Shown piece by piece: positions 43,271 through 56,600 of a stretch of 64,000 bases of DNA. The stretch covers positions 15,438,001 through 15,502,000 of the forward strand of contig NW_026974140.1 in the NCBI RefSeq assembly GCF_037042905.1, in the 5' to 3' direction. Numbering within the stretch: the stretch's first letter is position 1; each line of letters starts with the position of its first letter. Below the pieces are notes generated by a model, which did no database searches, was not told the origin of the DNA, and saw only the letters and a program-made list of their open reading frames with translations. The stretch is from Lytechinus pictus (Eukaryota). The translations under genes were made by a program, and so were the position numbers.

Positions 43271-44015
43271 CACGTATTACGAGGTTGGTAGAGACAGGAC
43301 TGACATAGGACATGTTTTACGTTATGAAAAATTGTCCGTGGATCCGGTCACCGGGGACTTGGATCACGATAAATATTCACAGGCACTGACAGACTGAGAC
43401 AGGCACAGCAGTCTCTCATTTTTATTGTCTAATTAGATCTAGATTCTAAGCAGCTTTTTCTAAGTCAATATTTTCAAGGTCAGTATGCCCACTGCTTTTC
43501 TGAATATTGGGAATGGGGAGTAACTTTACAATCCAATTTCATAATCAATTATGAGAGCATGGATACACACTGTAGTGTTAGAATGAGGCATTACACTTCA
43601 GTTCATGACATTGGATTCTAAAGGTAAGCCAGGGATGGCTGTATTTTGGCTCTGATTTTGACGTAGTTATTCAAATTCTCAGACATGGCTCATGTGCTAT
43701 GCTTGGTCTTGGATGTGCCGATCGCATTCGCAATTGAAATACGGCATAGATGTAGACTAGTTCATTCAGTTAGTTGAACTAAACTGAAGTTCAAAGCTTT
43801 GGGATGTTGAACGTTGGCACACAGTGACAGAAAGGGCCTGGAGCAGCCTCCTCCCTTCAACAATAAAAAAATTGCTGCCCATGCTTTTTGTTTTATTGTG
43901 AATGTATAATTACCATAATGATTGATTAGTCAGATATTGCATATTAGGCATACTTCTTCACATCTCAACTCTCTCTCTATATATATATATCTCACATTCT
44001 CTCTGTCTCTGCCTC

Positions 44016-44046
<31 letters not shown>

Positions 44047-44610
44047 CTCGAACCCCCTCCCCTCTCTCGCTCATCATTTTCTCTTGCTTTCTAATTCTGA
44101 GTCTTATTTTGATATCTATAATGTCTTCTTTTCTTTTGTTTTTGTTGTGATGATTCTTATAATGAAATGTTTTAGAAATCTTTATGTCATGAATGAGGGT
44201 AATAATGCAGAGCCCTGTGGAAGACCAGTGATTTTTAAGAACATTCTAATTGTACATGTTTAGTTTGACATATTTTTTTATAAAGCTGAACAGGCTACTC
44301 TGGATAAAGATTTGCAGTAAATAAATAAAAGTAAATAATTCCATGACAGAGAAAAAAAGTAGAAAGAAAATGAAAGGGATCTAGGGAAAGGGGTACAAAA
44401 ATATGAATTATTTCATTTAAAGTCACAATTTTTTTTTTGTCATTTTAATGAGGTGATATTTTTTGCTTACCTATGTTTTGCCCATTCACAACTATGTAGG
44501 TCTAGATATTTAAAAAAAAATTATGCCATGTTCTGCACCCTAAAATATTGTACTCATTAGTCCACTGACATGTAACATTTATTGAATTTGTATTTCATCT
44601 TTTAAAGGAA

Positions 44611-47600
44611 ATGGCTATCATCCACTACTATGCTGTTCCAGCTTTGAGTGATGGCGCCCACCAAGCTGTGATCAATAAAGTGATTGGTATCATGGGAAAG
44701 GAGGAAGATGTACAGCTTGAGACAGAAGCATGCTATAATATTGAAGTTCAAGGAGGTTAGTAAATACAGGGAAACCACAAGGGAGAATACATGGTGGCAA
44801 AGGGAAATTTGCCCCCCCCCCCCAAAAAAAAAGGGGGTGTCAACACAATGTAACAGAAGAAGGAAATATATTGACTGTGGAAACTGCACTCAGTAATAAT
44901 AATGATAATAAAATAGGTATATTTACCTATAGGCTGCCTAGGCGCTCAAGCATTCAAGGAATTTCTTTCTACCGGGTACCCATTCACCTCACTTGGGTTG
45001 AGTGCAGCACAATGTGGATAAATTTCTTGCTGAAGGAAATTACACCATGGCTGGAATTCGAACCTACGACCCTCTGTTTCAAGGTCAGAAGACTTATCCA
45101 CTGGGCCACAACGCTCCACATATTGTCACCACGAATTGTCCTGTACTGTGTAACTTTTAATTGGCTGTATATCTTGGCAAAGCTTTTATTGTCTTTTTTT
45201 TGTCTATATGGGAATCATTATTGGTCTTGGAGTTCAGCCATTTTCTTGTAAAAAAAATAGGTAAAAGTCAACTCATGTCCAGGGCAAAAATTAATCCAAG
45301 GCTACTCATGCCATAACTCTGGATTCCCTATAGTTTGGCCTTTTGATTTTTTGTGTGCCTTATTTATTTTTCCCATTTATGCTGTAATATAGAGATGAGC
45401 CCCTTAAAATTGGGCCTTGTCCTATAAAATTGAAGGCCTGTGTGTCTTCCATCATCAACTGTATAAGACTTTTAAAAATCTATTTGCAGAACTTACAACA
45501 GACGAGATAAAGAAGCTACTGTTCATCATTGGTACTCCATTCCAGAATGATAAAATCACAACAGTTTCTGTGTTGGGTGAAAAAAAGACAGGGGATGCTT
45601 TGCTCATTGAGATTGGTCCAAGGTGAGTCCTTCAGTCTTGAGAGGATTTTTTCTTTGTTACCAGAACCTATCCCCATATGATTTTTTTAATGGACATTTA
45701 TTGTTTTGAATTACAATACATGTATAGTATTTGTTTGTTTTTTCTTTTTCTTTTTTTGGAAGTAATATAGTATTTGTTAATGAATCTAAATCACATATGC
45801 AGATGCCAAATTATGGGATTTAAAATATAGTTATTTTTTCGTTTTAATTTTACTTTTCAAGCTGACCTGCTTGATAAAGTTTTTTATCATGCATGAAAAA
45901 TATATACCGGTACTGAATCATCAGTATTTTCTATGAATGTAATTCATAAAATAAATTTGAACGTAAATACAAAAAAGTCCTATTAAAAAAGAATAAGTAT
46001 CTCTTCTCAAATATGTATGCATTCAATATATTTTGTCATCAATAAAATATCTTTAATAAAGTATATCACTTATCTTGAGAATTTTATTAGAAAATAAGGG
46101 AAAAAAGTATAATCAAAATCTCTGAAAACTGCTCATTTTTTTTCTTCTTATAAATGAAGGAAAGACTCGTCCATCAACATTAAACTTGTAGTATCTGTAT
46201 GCATTCATTTTGCTTCTTTCTTAGGATGAATAACTTTATCGAATTGATTTGCTGTTTATTTTCAAAGGTTAAACTTCTCAACAGCCTGGTCAACCAATGC
46301 AGTTTCCATCTGTCAATCGGCTGGTCTCACAAAGATAACCAGGATCGAGCCCTTCAGACGTTTCCTATTCACCTCCACCAATCCCTCCATCCTATTAGAA
46401 TATGAGCAGGCTATCGTTGCTTCACTGCATGATCGAATGACAGAATGTCGCTACCTAGAACCCCTAGAGAGCTTTGAGATCCAAGTTAAACCTGAGGCTG
46501 TGTATGATGTGGATATCATGAGCCAAGGGAAAGAGGCTCTCAAGAAAGCTAATACAGATCTTGGTAAATATTATGAATAAAAATCAATTTATAATTTATT
46601 TGAGTATCTAGAGCAATGTCTATTTTTTCATTGCCATATGGTGCAGGTAATCATGGAAATTAAATAAAAAGTACATTTGTCCTCAGTATTGTGCAATGCA
46701 TACTTCAGAGTGAGGAGATAAAATGATTATATTTTTAAGGAAATCACTACCTCTATTCTCGTGCGACTGTGGGAAAATATTCTTCAGATTTGAGAGTCTG
46801 TTGCATCAGGGGGGGGGTATGAAATGAACTTCATGGTGACGGAGAAAATCATTGTTAAAATTTTATCATGTGTATTTCAACGCTTCTCTTTATGTCAATA
46901 GACCCAGACAATCTAATATCTTCTTGATTACTTTCTTTTCCTATTTCTGACTGTCCTTTTAACTAGGTCTTGCCTTTGATGACTGGGACTTGGATTATTA
47001 CCATGACATGTTTACTAATAAGATCAAACGGAATCCAACTAGTGTGGAATGTTTTGATCTAGCTCAGTCAAACAGGTATGCTACTACTTGTGTAACTTCA
47101 TGACATATTTCTTTTGATGTATTGATTTGAGAAGCTAAATTTGTGATACTGGTAGTTTGTAGTTTACTGGGGTTTATAGGGCCATCGAAAATGCTAAAGA
47201 ATGGTTTAACCCATTTTTTGTTGGGGGGGGGGGGGGTTGGCCCAATTATTATTCAATATTTGATTTACAATTTATTACTCATGCATAAATGTTTTAATGA
47301 AATATCCTGCAGAGAAAGGGAAAGTCTTATTGCCAATTTAGAGAATAAACGATGGTCAAGTAAGACTTCAAACAATTTCATACATAAATGCTAATATAAA
47401 AAAATACAGTATTGAAAGTGAATTTGTAATGTTGCCAATTTGTAGAATAAAAGGTGATCAAATTAGGTTTCAAATTCATTGTCCCAATTTAGCAAAATAT
47501 TTCTTACTCTTTTAAGGTCAAGAATAAAAATTAACCTTCTTGAATGTAATGAAATCTGATATTTTTCGATGGATCTTGGCTAGTATCATGGAAACATAAT

Positions 47601-50600
47601 TGATATGGATGTTCTAGGAAAGAAAAATGTTTGAAGATTCTTTTGTAATATTGGCAATATTAAAGTCATAATTTTTCTTAATCCATGTATTTCTTTATGT
47701 TGTTTTGACAGTGAGCACAGTCGTCATTGGTTCTTCAAAGGTCGTATGGTGGTAGATGGTGAGGAGAAGAAGGATTCATTGTTTGACCTTGTCATGAAGA
47801 CACAAGAGAATAGTAATCCTAACAATGTTATCAAATTCTCTGACAATAGTAGGTAAGTATTTTATATTCTTTATATTTTTAGTTCTGTTTGGAGTAGTTC
47901 TGAACATTCTTGGTTACACCAATACATTAGATGAAAGTCTTTCATTTGTGTGTAAAGGTGGTCTTTGACTGGTATATCATGAAAACAACAGTTTTAGGGG
48001 GTGTTGCAAGAAAATATTTGCGATCAATTGCAAATATTCTTTTGCAATTTTACAACTGATAGATCAACGTTATAGCAAATCAGATCAAACTTCTTGTTTC
48101 AAGGAGCAGATTAGCTATCAATCACTAATTTGCAATTAACCGTAAGACATATATGGTTGATTTAGGGACCAAAATGGACTTGCAATTGATCGCAAGTTTC
48201 TTGCAACACCCAATTAGTCTTTGAATATTTTCATTGTGGATAGATAGATAATAGAAGGGTTAACAGAATATCACCATGTGATAGTCCTGAAAAGCAAATA
48301 TTGTTTGTAATCTTTTGTGAGTAAATGTGAACTGTTGATGTAACCTAATGATATTTGTTAGCTGCTTGAGCAGATATAGGGAAGTAAATCAGTGATCATG
48401 AAGCAAATGCACTACTCTCCCTTTCTCTGGTTTAAGGACGAAGAATGATATTGTGTGGTAAAAAGAAATTTCATATGTAAATAAAATAAACAGTAGGATA
48501 AGTATTTGAGCAATGATATTGGTGGCATAGGGTGAAAATAAGCACACAGTGGGGAAATCTTAAGAATTATAAAGTTTATTGACTATGTGAACTATCTATC
48601 TGAAGAGCAGACAACTAATGAAAGGGAAATTGAGAGAATACTAGTATATGAAATTAGCCTAGTTGGTAGCTGGTTAAGCTTAGTGAGTAACATGAAATAT
48701 TATTGTTTCTTTTCTAAACAGTGCTATTCAAGGTAATTCCATCAAAGCTCTTTATCCAATGCGTCCTGGTTGCTCAGCAACCCCAATGACTGACAAGCAA
48801 CTAGTGCGGCACATCATCTTCACTGCTGAGACTCACAATTTTCCTACAGGTACATGCCACCTTATCAGATACTGTAAACTTAGATCGTCAATATCCAATG
48901 GAAGTTTCTGTGAGATTTTTTGTGTGTGTTTACAAACCTATTTCAAATAGAATGAAAACAAAATTTCAGAATGAGTAATAGAATTAATTACACAATAAGA
49001 TTCTACAGTCACCAATAGATTTATGTTATTACTGAAAATATATAGATTCATGATCTACTGTGATGGATAGGATATGCTTAAGGGGGAAAATAACCATAAA
49101 CCTTTACTGCTCATGATGCTCAGGCACTTGTCACCTTGCACTAACTTAATGTTGTTGTTTTTGGGCCAATTAGAAAGTTTGATTCCATTTTATGTCAATG
49201 TTTGTTCCACCCTGGGGCAGGAATGAATTACTACATAATTTGAATTTGCAGTCTTACTCTTGAAACATATGTTTTTCCAAAAAGTGCCAAAATTTATGAC
49301 AAAACTGTCTTTTGTTCTACCAAATGACACTATTTTAAGGGCTAATAACAGTAGTTTGAGACTTGTCATTGATAACAAGTTTATTGAAACCTGGCCCAAG
49401 TAAAGTTCACATGGGCTCGTATCCTGAAGTCAGGTTTAATTTAAAATCTGGTTTAAAGTTGTGGTTTAACTATGGACAGCCAATAGTTGCATAAATATCT
49501 AACGATATGATATATAAATGTATCAGCTCATTTTTCGCTAAAATCATTCTTAACTGTTTCGGAAAGATAGATAAGATAACTTTCTTCACCATTCATGAGT
49601 TAGGAAAGAGCACAGTAAGCATATGAAACATGCAATGTAAGAAAAATTTTGACATGTTTGGCTTTCCATAATTTTAGCACAGAGTTAGAACATGGTCTAA
49701 GTTAAACCTGACTTCAGAATACCGGCCATAGAGTATGTATAATATGTCTAAAATGTCTCCCATCTAGGAGTTGCCCCTTTTAGCGGTGCTACAACTGGTA
49801 CAGGAGGGCGTATCAGAGATGTCCAGTGTGCAGGAAAAGGATCTCATGTAGTCGCTGGGACAGCTGGGTATTGCTTTGGTAACCTGAATATACCAGGTAT
49901 CATATCATGTTGCTTTATTGTATTATTTTTTGTTAATTTTCAGATCATTAATAGATTATTTAAAAAAATTAAGTCTCTTATACTAAGAAATATACAATCT
50001 TCTGGAAGTTTTTGTGATTAATGACTCTGTACTCTTCAACATCTTCTCAATGGAATGATTTATTTCATGGAATGTTTTACCATTTCTTTAGTCTTTCATG
50101 AAATCTAATTTTGACAAACTGAGATTTATGTGAGAATCAGAATAAAATTGACATTTTAAGATGACCTTTGTTTAGGCCTAGCCTGCATATCGGCTGTCTT
50201 AGGTAATTTGAACAGAAGTTGCGTCCACTTGGCTTCAAATTTCACAGACTTCAATCAGGAAAGAAACTGAGGGATTTATTCTATAAAATGTCTCAGGATT
50301 TTATTAAGCTGCTTTAAATACTGTTTTGATTCTGGTAAATGGGTTTTTAAATATCTTTCTGCCATTCAGGATATAATCTTCCTTGGGAGGATGCCTCCTT
50401 TGTGTATCCTAGCAACATGGCCAGCCCACTGGAGGTTGCCGTGGAAGCAAGTAACGGTGCCTCAGACTATGGAAACAAGTTTGGAGAACCGGTTCTAGCT
50501 GGTTTTGCCCGTTCCTTTGGCATGCTTGTACCAGGAGATGAAAGGAGAGAATGGGTCAAACCCATTATGTTCTCAGGGGGGTTAGGTTCTCTTGAGGAGG

Positions 50601-53600
50601 GACACATCAAGAAAGATTCTCCTCAACAGGGTATGAAAAATGATTAGTATTCTAACTTTATTTCATTTATAGGAGATCAATTGAAATAGAATAGATTTCC
50701 TAGATGTATCAGATATTATTTTGTCTATGATGAAATCTGTCAGTCCCTTATATGTGCTTCACTGATATAGTATCTTCATGTATGTTATTATTTTTTTTTT
50801 TAAGTATGCTACAATAACTGATCAGACTTTAACTGGGCTTTAATTAATAATATTTAAAGGAAAAATGTCCTTTCTCATGGTCATTTCATTACAAGTATTT
50901 TAGCATTTATTACTATAATATTACTTGTCATGTTAGCCATGTATGATTAAAATTTGAATTAGAAAAAAAAGAAAAAGAGTAGAACTTCATGCCAAAATAT
51001 TTGAAACTCAAAGGCTACTACAAACAGTTATTTGGATCTGTCATTACAAGAAAGTTGTTTTATTTGATCCCTCTCTTTCCATCACACCCCTAGATATGAA
51101 AGTAGTAAAGCTTGGTGGTCCCATCTATCGCATAGGAGTGGGTGGAGGGGCGGCCTCTTCCATTCAGGTACAGGGGGATAATACAGAATCCTTGGACTTT
51201 GGTGCTGTACAGAGAGGAGATGCTGAAATGGAGCAGAAGTTAAACAGGGTTGTAAGAGCTTGTATTGAGCTAGGAGAGAGGAATCCAATCAAGAGTATTC
51301 ATGATCAGGGAGCGGGAGGCAATGGTAAGCTCTAGGGGAGCATTTCATGTCGAGCCTTGGTAATTTACTGACTAATTTGCTCTCAGCCACTCAGATGCTA
51401 TGATTTTCAGTAGCTTATAATGCTTTATCAGACAAAAAATGCACCCCTGGTTTCTATATTATATGTTTTCCATGGTACAAATGAGATTTATCTTTTTCAT
51501 AGTTAGTTTAGGGCAGTTTTAAAGAAGCAGCAAAATTTTTAGCTTTTGTTAGATAAATATATGATATATAATTATAATCAAACAATTACTCGCTCAAAAA
51601 TATGCCACAACTTTCAACTTCCATCATGCCTATTTTGACAGATCCATCCCTTAAAATGTAAATGTCTCTTGTCAAATAAGTTGTATAAAATTATTCCCTT
51701 TGATATTTGAATTTTGCAAGTACCCTGGTAGGCCCACCATTTTCATTCCCTTACTGCTTATAGTAAATTATGATATTGTTTATTCAGGTAATGTCTTGAA
51801 AGAGATCTGTGAGCCAGCAGGAGCAGTGATCCGTACCAAGGCCTTCCAGCTAGGAGACCCCACCCTGACAACCCTAGAGATATGGGGAGCTGAATACCAA
51901 GAGAGTAATGCTGTACTGGTAGATGAGAACGATGAGGAGTTGCTTAGTGATATATGTAGGAGGGAGAGATGCCCGGTGTGCTTTGTAGGAGAGATCACGG
52001 GAGATGGAAAGGTAGTAACTTTGATTCTTGCGAAGGGGGAACATTTCAAGAAGAATCTAATCATGAGGTGTTAAGTAACGGAGTTACTCTCAGCCAATCA
52101 GAAGCAATGATTATAGGAGCTCTGTTAGTGAAATAAAGGATGAATTAACTACAAATGTATTTTGAATATTTTGCAGTGGACTGTTTTTACATGATACTCT
52201 TCCTCAGTGGCGTACCGTGGGTCACGGCATTCGGGGGGCACCAGCAAAAATTTTGAGTCACTCGGTGAGCGCGCTTTGCGCGCTCAATTGCCAGGTATAG
52301 GCATTGACCTTATAGAGACATTTTTAAGGACTGTGCCATTAAACGGATATGTAATGTATCTCACTGATCAAATGATGCGAGCGCTAAGCGCGAGCTGAAA
52401 ATTTTTGATATTCAGACCTAAAAAGGGACATAGTAAGCAATAAAAAAAAAAAAATACGTATCTGTCTCGCTAAACAAACAATGCAAGCGCGAGCTGAAAT
52501 TTTTGTATTTATTTACCCCAAACAGAGACAGTTTAAGGAATATTTTTAGGTATCAAATAAGAGAATACATATCTCACCATACTCATCTAATTTGAGTGCC
52601 AATCGCTTGCTGATTTTGTTAGAAAACATGAAACACTTTTTGTAGTCATTGTAATCATGATTAAAATACGCATCTCACTAATCAAATATTGCAAGCGCGA
52701 GCTAAAAATATAGGAAATTCAGATCTGAAGAGGGGCATTTTAAGGCTCGTTTGTAGGAATCTACTAAGACCATATGTATTTCACTAACCAAATGATGCGA
52801 GCGCGAGCTGAAAATTGTTGATATTGAGTTTAGAAAAAGAGACATTTTAAGGACTGATTTTAGGAATTCATGAAGAGCAGGCATATCTCATCAATCCACT
52901 AATTCGAACGTAAGCACGTACAGGAAATGTTTTATATGCAGACCTTAAAATGGGGCAATCATTTAAGTAGTCATGAAAAAGAAGCATATGTCACTACATA
53001 AAACAATAATAACTCGAAGTGCGACAAAATATATTTGGTGCATATTGACTTGAAAACAGGACGTTTTAGTACATGTTTATATATCTCGTTAAACAGACAA
53101 TGCGAGTACCAGGAATAATGAACAAATAGGCCCTGAGGTAATTATGTTTTATAAAGTTATGAAAAAATATTTCTTATGTAATATAACATAACATATATAA
53201 TATAACATTATAATGTACAATAATTTCTTCTATCCCACTACGTTTCTTTCTTCTCCCTCTTTTTCTCCCGTTTTTTTTTTTTTTTTTTTTGACCAGCCGA
53301 TTGGGGGGGCATGTGCCCCCCCATGCCCCCCCCCCCCCCCGTAGTTACGCCACTGCTCTTCCTAAATATGGAAATAATTTGATAGCTAACAATGATTATT
53401 TCATCTTTACCACAGTGACTTTCATTCATGTTAAATGGTGTAGGAGAACAGTTTTATTCTGATTTGAGTCAAAGTGAACTCACTTTTGTTTAATGCTTAA
53501 AGATTTGTTTAGAGGAAGAGAAGCATGAGATGACGAATGGAGGAGGAGGAGGTGATGCTGATCATTCTCCAACCAAGAAGAGCAGAACTGTGTCCTATCC

Positions 53601-56600
53601 AGTTGACCTTGACCTGGAATGGGTCCTTGGCAAGATGCCAAGAAAGGTATTTAATAAATCTTCTGTTACAAACTCAATCAAATAATAATAGCTTGATAAA
53701 ACTTTTTTGATTGTTTTTGTTCAGATTATTCTGTGAAGTTTAAATTCAAATCTTTGTCAAAGTGATTTACTTGTACTTAACAATTAGGTTTATGTCCCCT
53801 TTGAGTTTTTGTTGTAAAATAAACAAAAGTGGTTTCTGCTATATAAATGAGTGAATATATATAAAATAAAAATAATGTTTTCTTCCACTCATGCCTTTCA
53901 TATGCCCCAATGTCCTACTTCATTTAATTTTTAGTGAATAATGAACTCAGAGTAGCCTCAATAAAACATGCTGCATGATCTTTCTAAACCTTTTCAAATC
54001 TTTTCTCTTGGTAGGTGTTCAATCTTAACAGGGTGGCCAAAACTCTGTTACCCCTAGACCTTCCTGATGGACTTACTGTCATTGATGCTCTTGACCGTGT
54101 TCTTAGATTACCATCGGTAGCAAGCAAGAGATATCTCACAAATAAGGTACGTTGATGAAATGAATAGGATTGAAAATAAGCTTTGAGAACTTCATGAATA
54201 TATGCCGTTAATCAATTATTGTATTATATAATCTGAATATTCCGTACCAGTTTTAATTTCACAAGTTTGCAACAAATCATTGCAAACAATACACTTCCTT
54301 ACATACACATGCATTACTCTTATAAATTGTCCCATCTTGAAGCAATCTCCAAAATATTATTTTGAAAAAAAGTTAGCTAATGCAATATACCAATATAACA
54401 ATCTGTGCAATTTTTTTTGTGTGTGGGGGTACTATAATTTGTTTTCTTCTTTCAAAGAAGATGTGCAAATTAATTTTTTTTTACCATCTCACTTTGAAAC
54501 CTTGTATCTTGTTCCTTCTAGGTTGACCGATCAGTAACAGGTCTTATTGCCCAGCAGCAGTGTGTAGGTCCTCTCCATACCCCACTGGCTGATGTCGCAG
54601 TGACTGCTCTATCTCACTTTGAAACCATTGGATCGGCCACAGCAATAGGAGAACAACCCATCAAGGGATTAGTGAATGCTGCCTCAGGGGCCCGTATGGC
54701 TGTAGCTGAATCTTTGACTAATCTTGTCTTTGCAAGGGTTACTGCACTCAAGGTGAGAACATTTTCTTAGATCTGAATGAAACCTTGATGTGTGCACTAA
54801 AAGGAAATACTCTATCCTGTTTAGGACTTAACATGCCTGTATGCAATAGCTTCTTGATTAGCATCAATGTATTTGCTTGATGGTCATATTTCTGGAAATA
54901 CATGTTGGTAGAAGGATGTTTTACAAATATAGATAAATTTTACATTATGAAATAAATTTATAAATAATACATACAACATGACATTGAAAGAACTGAGAAA
55001 TGATTTTAAAAATTGCTGAGTTTGTAAATATTATTGAAATGTATTACTATCATATGTAGCATTATCTAAATGTATCTATTTCTGCTTGTATCTAGGACGT
55101 GAAATGCAGTGGTAACTGGATGTGGCCAGCCAAACTCCCAGGTGAAGGGGCTGCCCTATACGATGCTTGTCAAGCCATGGGATCTCTCATGTCTGAGCTA
55201 GGGATAGCTGTAGATGGTGGCAAAGATTCACTCAGCATGGCTGCAAGGGTGGAGGGAAAAACTGTCAAAGCACCAGGTAGTTTAATATGATCTGCTATTT
55301 TGATTTCTTTGTGTGGAATTTTATCAAATAAAATGTTTTTATTTCTTTGAAACTCATAACCATGTAATTGGAAGCAATTAAACATCTTGTATATGTTTAT
55401 ATGTTGATAATAATGGCACTTATATAGCAAAAATATTTGTAAAATTTATGTTTCTAGCATACCTCATGCAAAACCACTGACCATACACTGGAGAATCACT
55501 TTTTTCAAGTTCTACATGATTTAATGTTTACATGTTTTGATTCTATGTTTAAATTATTAGTCATGGTTTCATTTACGTTATAAGTTATGAATTTATGTTA
55601 ATGTTATTAGTTATGATTTCATGTTTGCATTGTTCCTATTTTTGTTTTCTTCATGATTATATGAGTACATATATTATATTTTCTTTGTATAACTTGATAT
55701 TATCCAGGTGCTCTAGTGATCTCAACCTATGTGGGATGTCCAGATATCACTGCTACAGTTACACCAGATCTAAAATGTCCAGGTGGTCAAGGTAGGGTCA
55801 AACATGGTCAACTTCATAAATTAATCAACCTTTTTGTAAATGTGACCCTTTGTTTTCTACATTCTTATGTCACTTCATGAACTCCTCAAGCTGTGATAAT
55901 TCAAGAGCTTGTAAATATTCATATAAACTTGTATAACAAAAATAGAGACAAATCACTTCAGTAAGGTCCAACATATAGGGGATTGGACATGCATATTTCA
56001 TGAATAGCCTAGATCATGTTTACCTATTTTTCTTCATTTTTTTCCCATTCATTTTTTAAGCCATATAAATTTCTCCTATTCTTATAACATAATATTTTTT
56101 AATATTCTTTTTCTAAGTTAGGTTGTAAATGTATTAAAATCATTGACAGTATCATACTTTATTACAAAATGTTAGTGTAAATATCTCCTTAGGGACATTG
56201 ATAGTATTTGTAATATAAACATCATTTACCTTAGAATTGACTTTTATTCACATTCCTTTATTCAGTAAGTTACAAGAAAACACTTATGCGGAAGTGGTTT
56301 ATATTACAAAACCCTTTTGTGATATTCCCATTTGTTCAAGTACTGTCTTGAATGTAGGCTTTATCTATAGATATTAGAGGCTCTGCAGTTCTCCACTACT
56401 CGAGTCACATGATCCCATACAATATGCGGTCCATTATTCCATGAAATCAAGATATTCATATACATTTTCGTTCATATCCAGGTAACCTGTTGTATGTGGA
56501 CCTCAGTGGTGGTCATCGAAGGCTTGGTGGTTCTGCATTGGCTCAGTGTTATAATCAGATAGGTGATAATGTACCTGATGTCAATGATGCTTCCCTACTG

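Noticed and set aside
50725-50825. Possible intronic C/D-box snoRNA (ATGATGA ... CTGA) in a PFAS intron
   Set aside because: The nearest C-D spacing is only ~40 nt, there is no convincing terminal stem for the longer version, and I recognised no rRNA-complementary guide.
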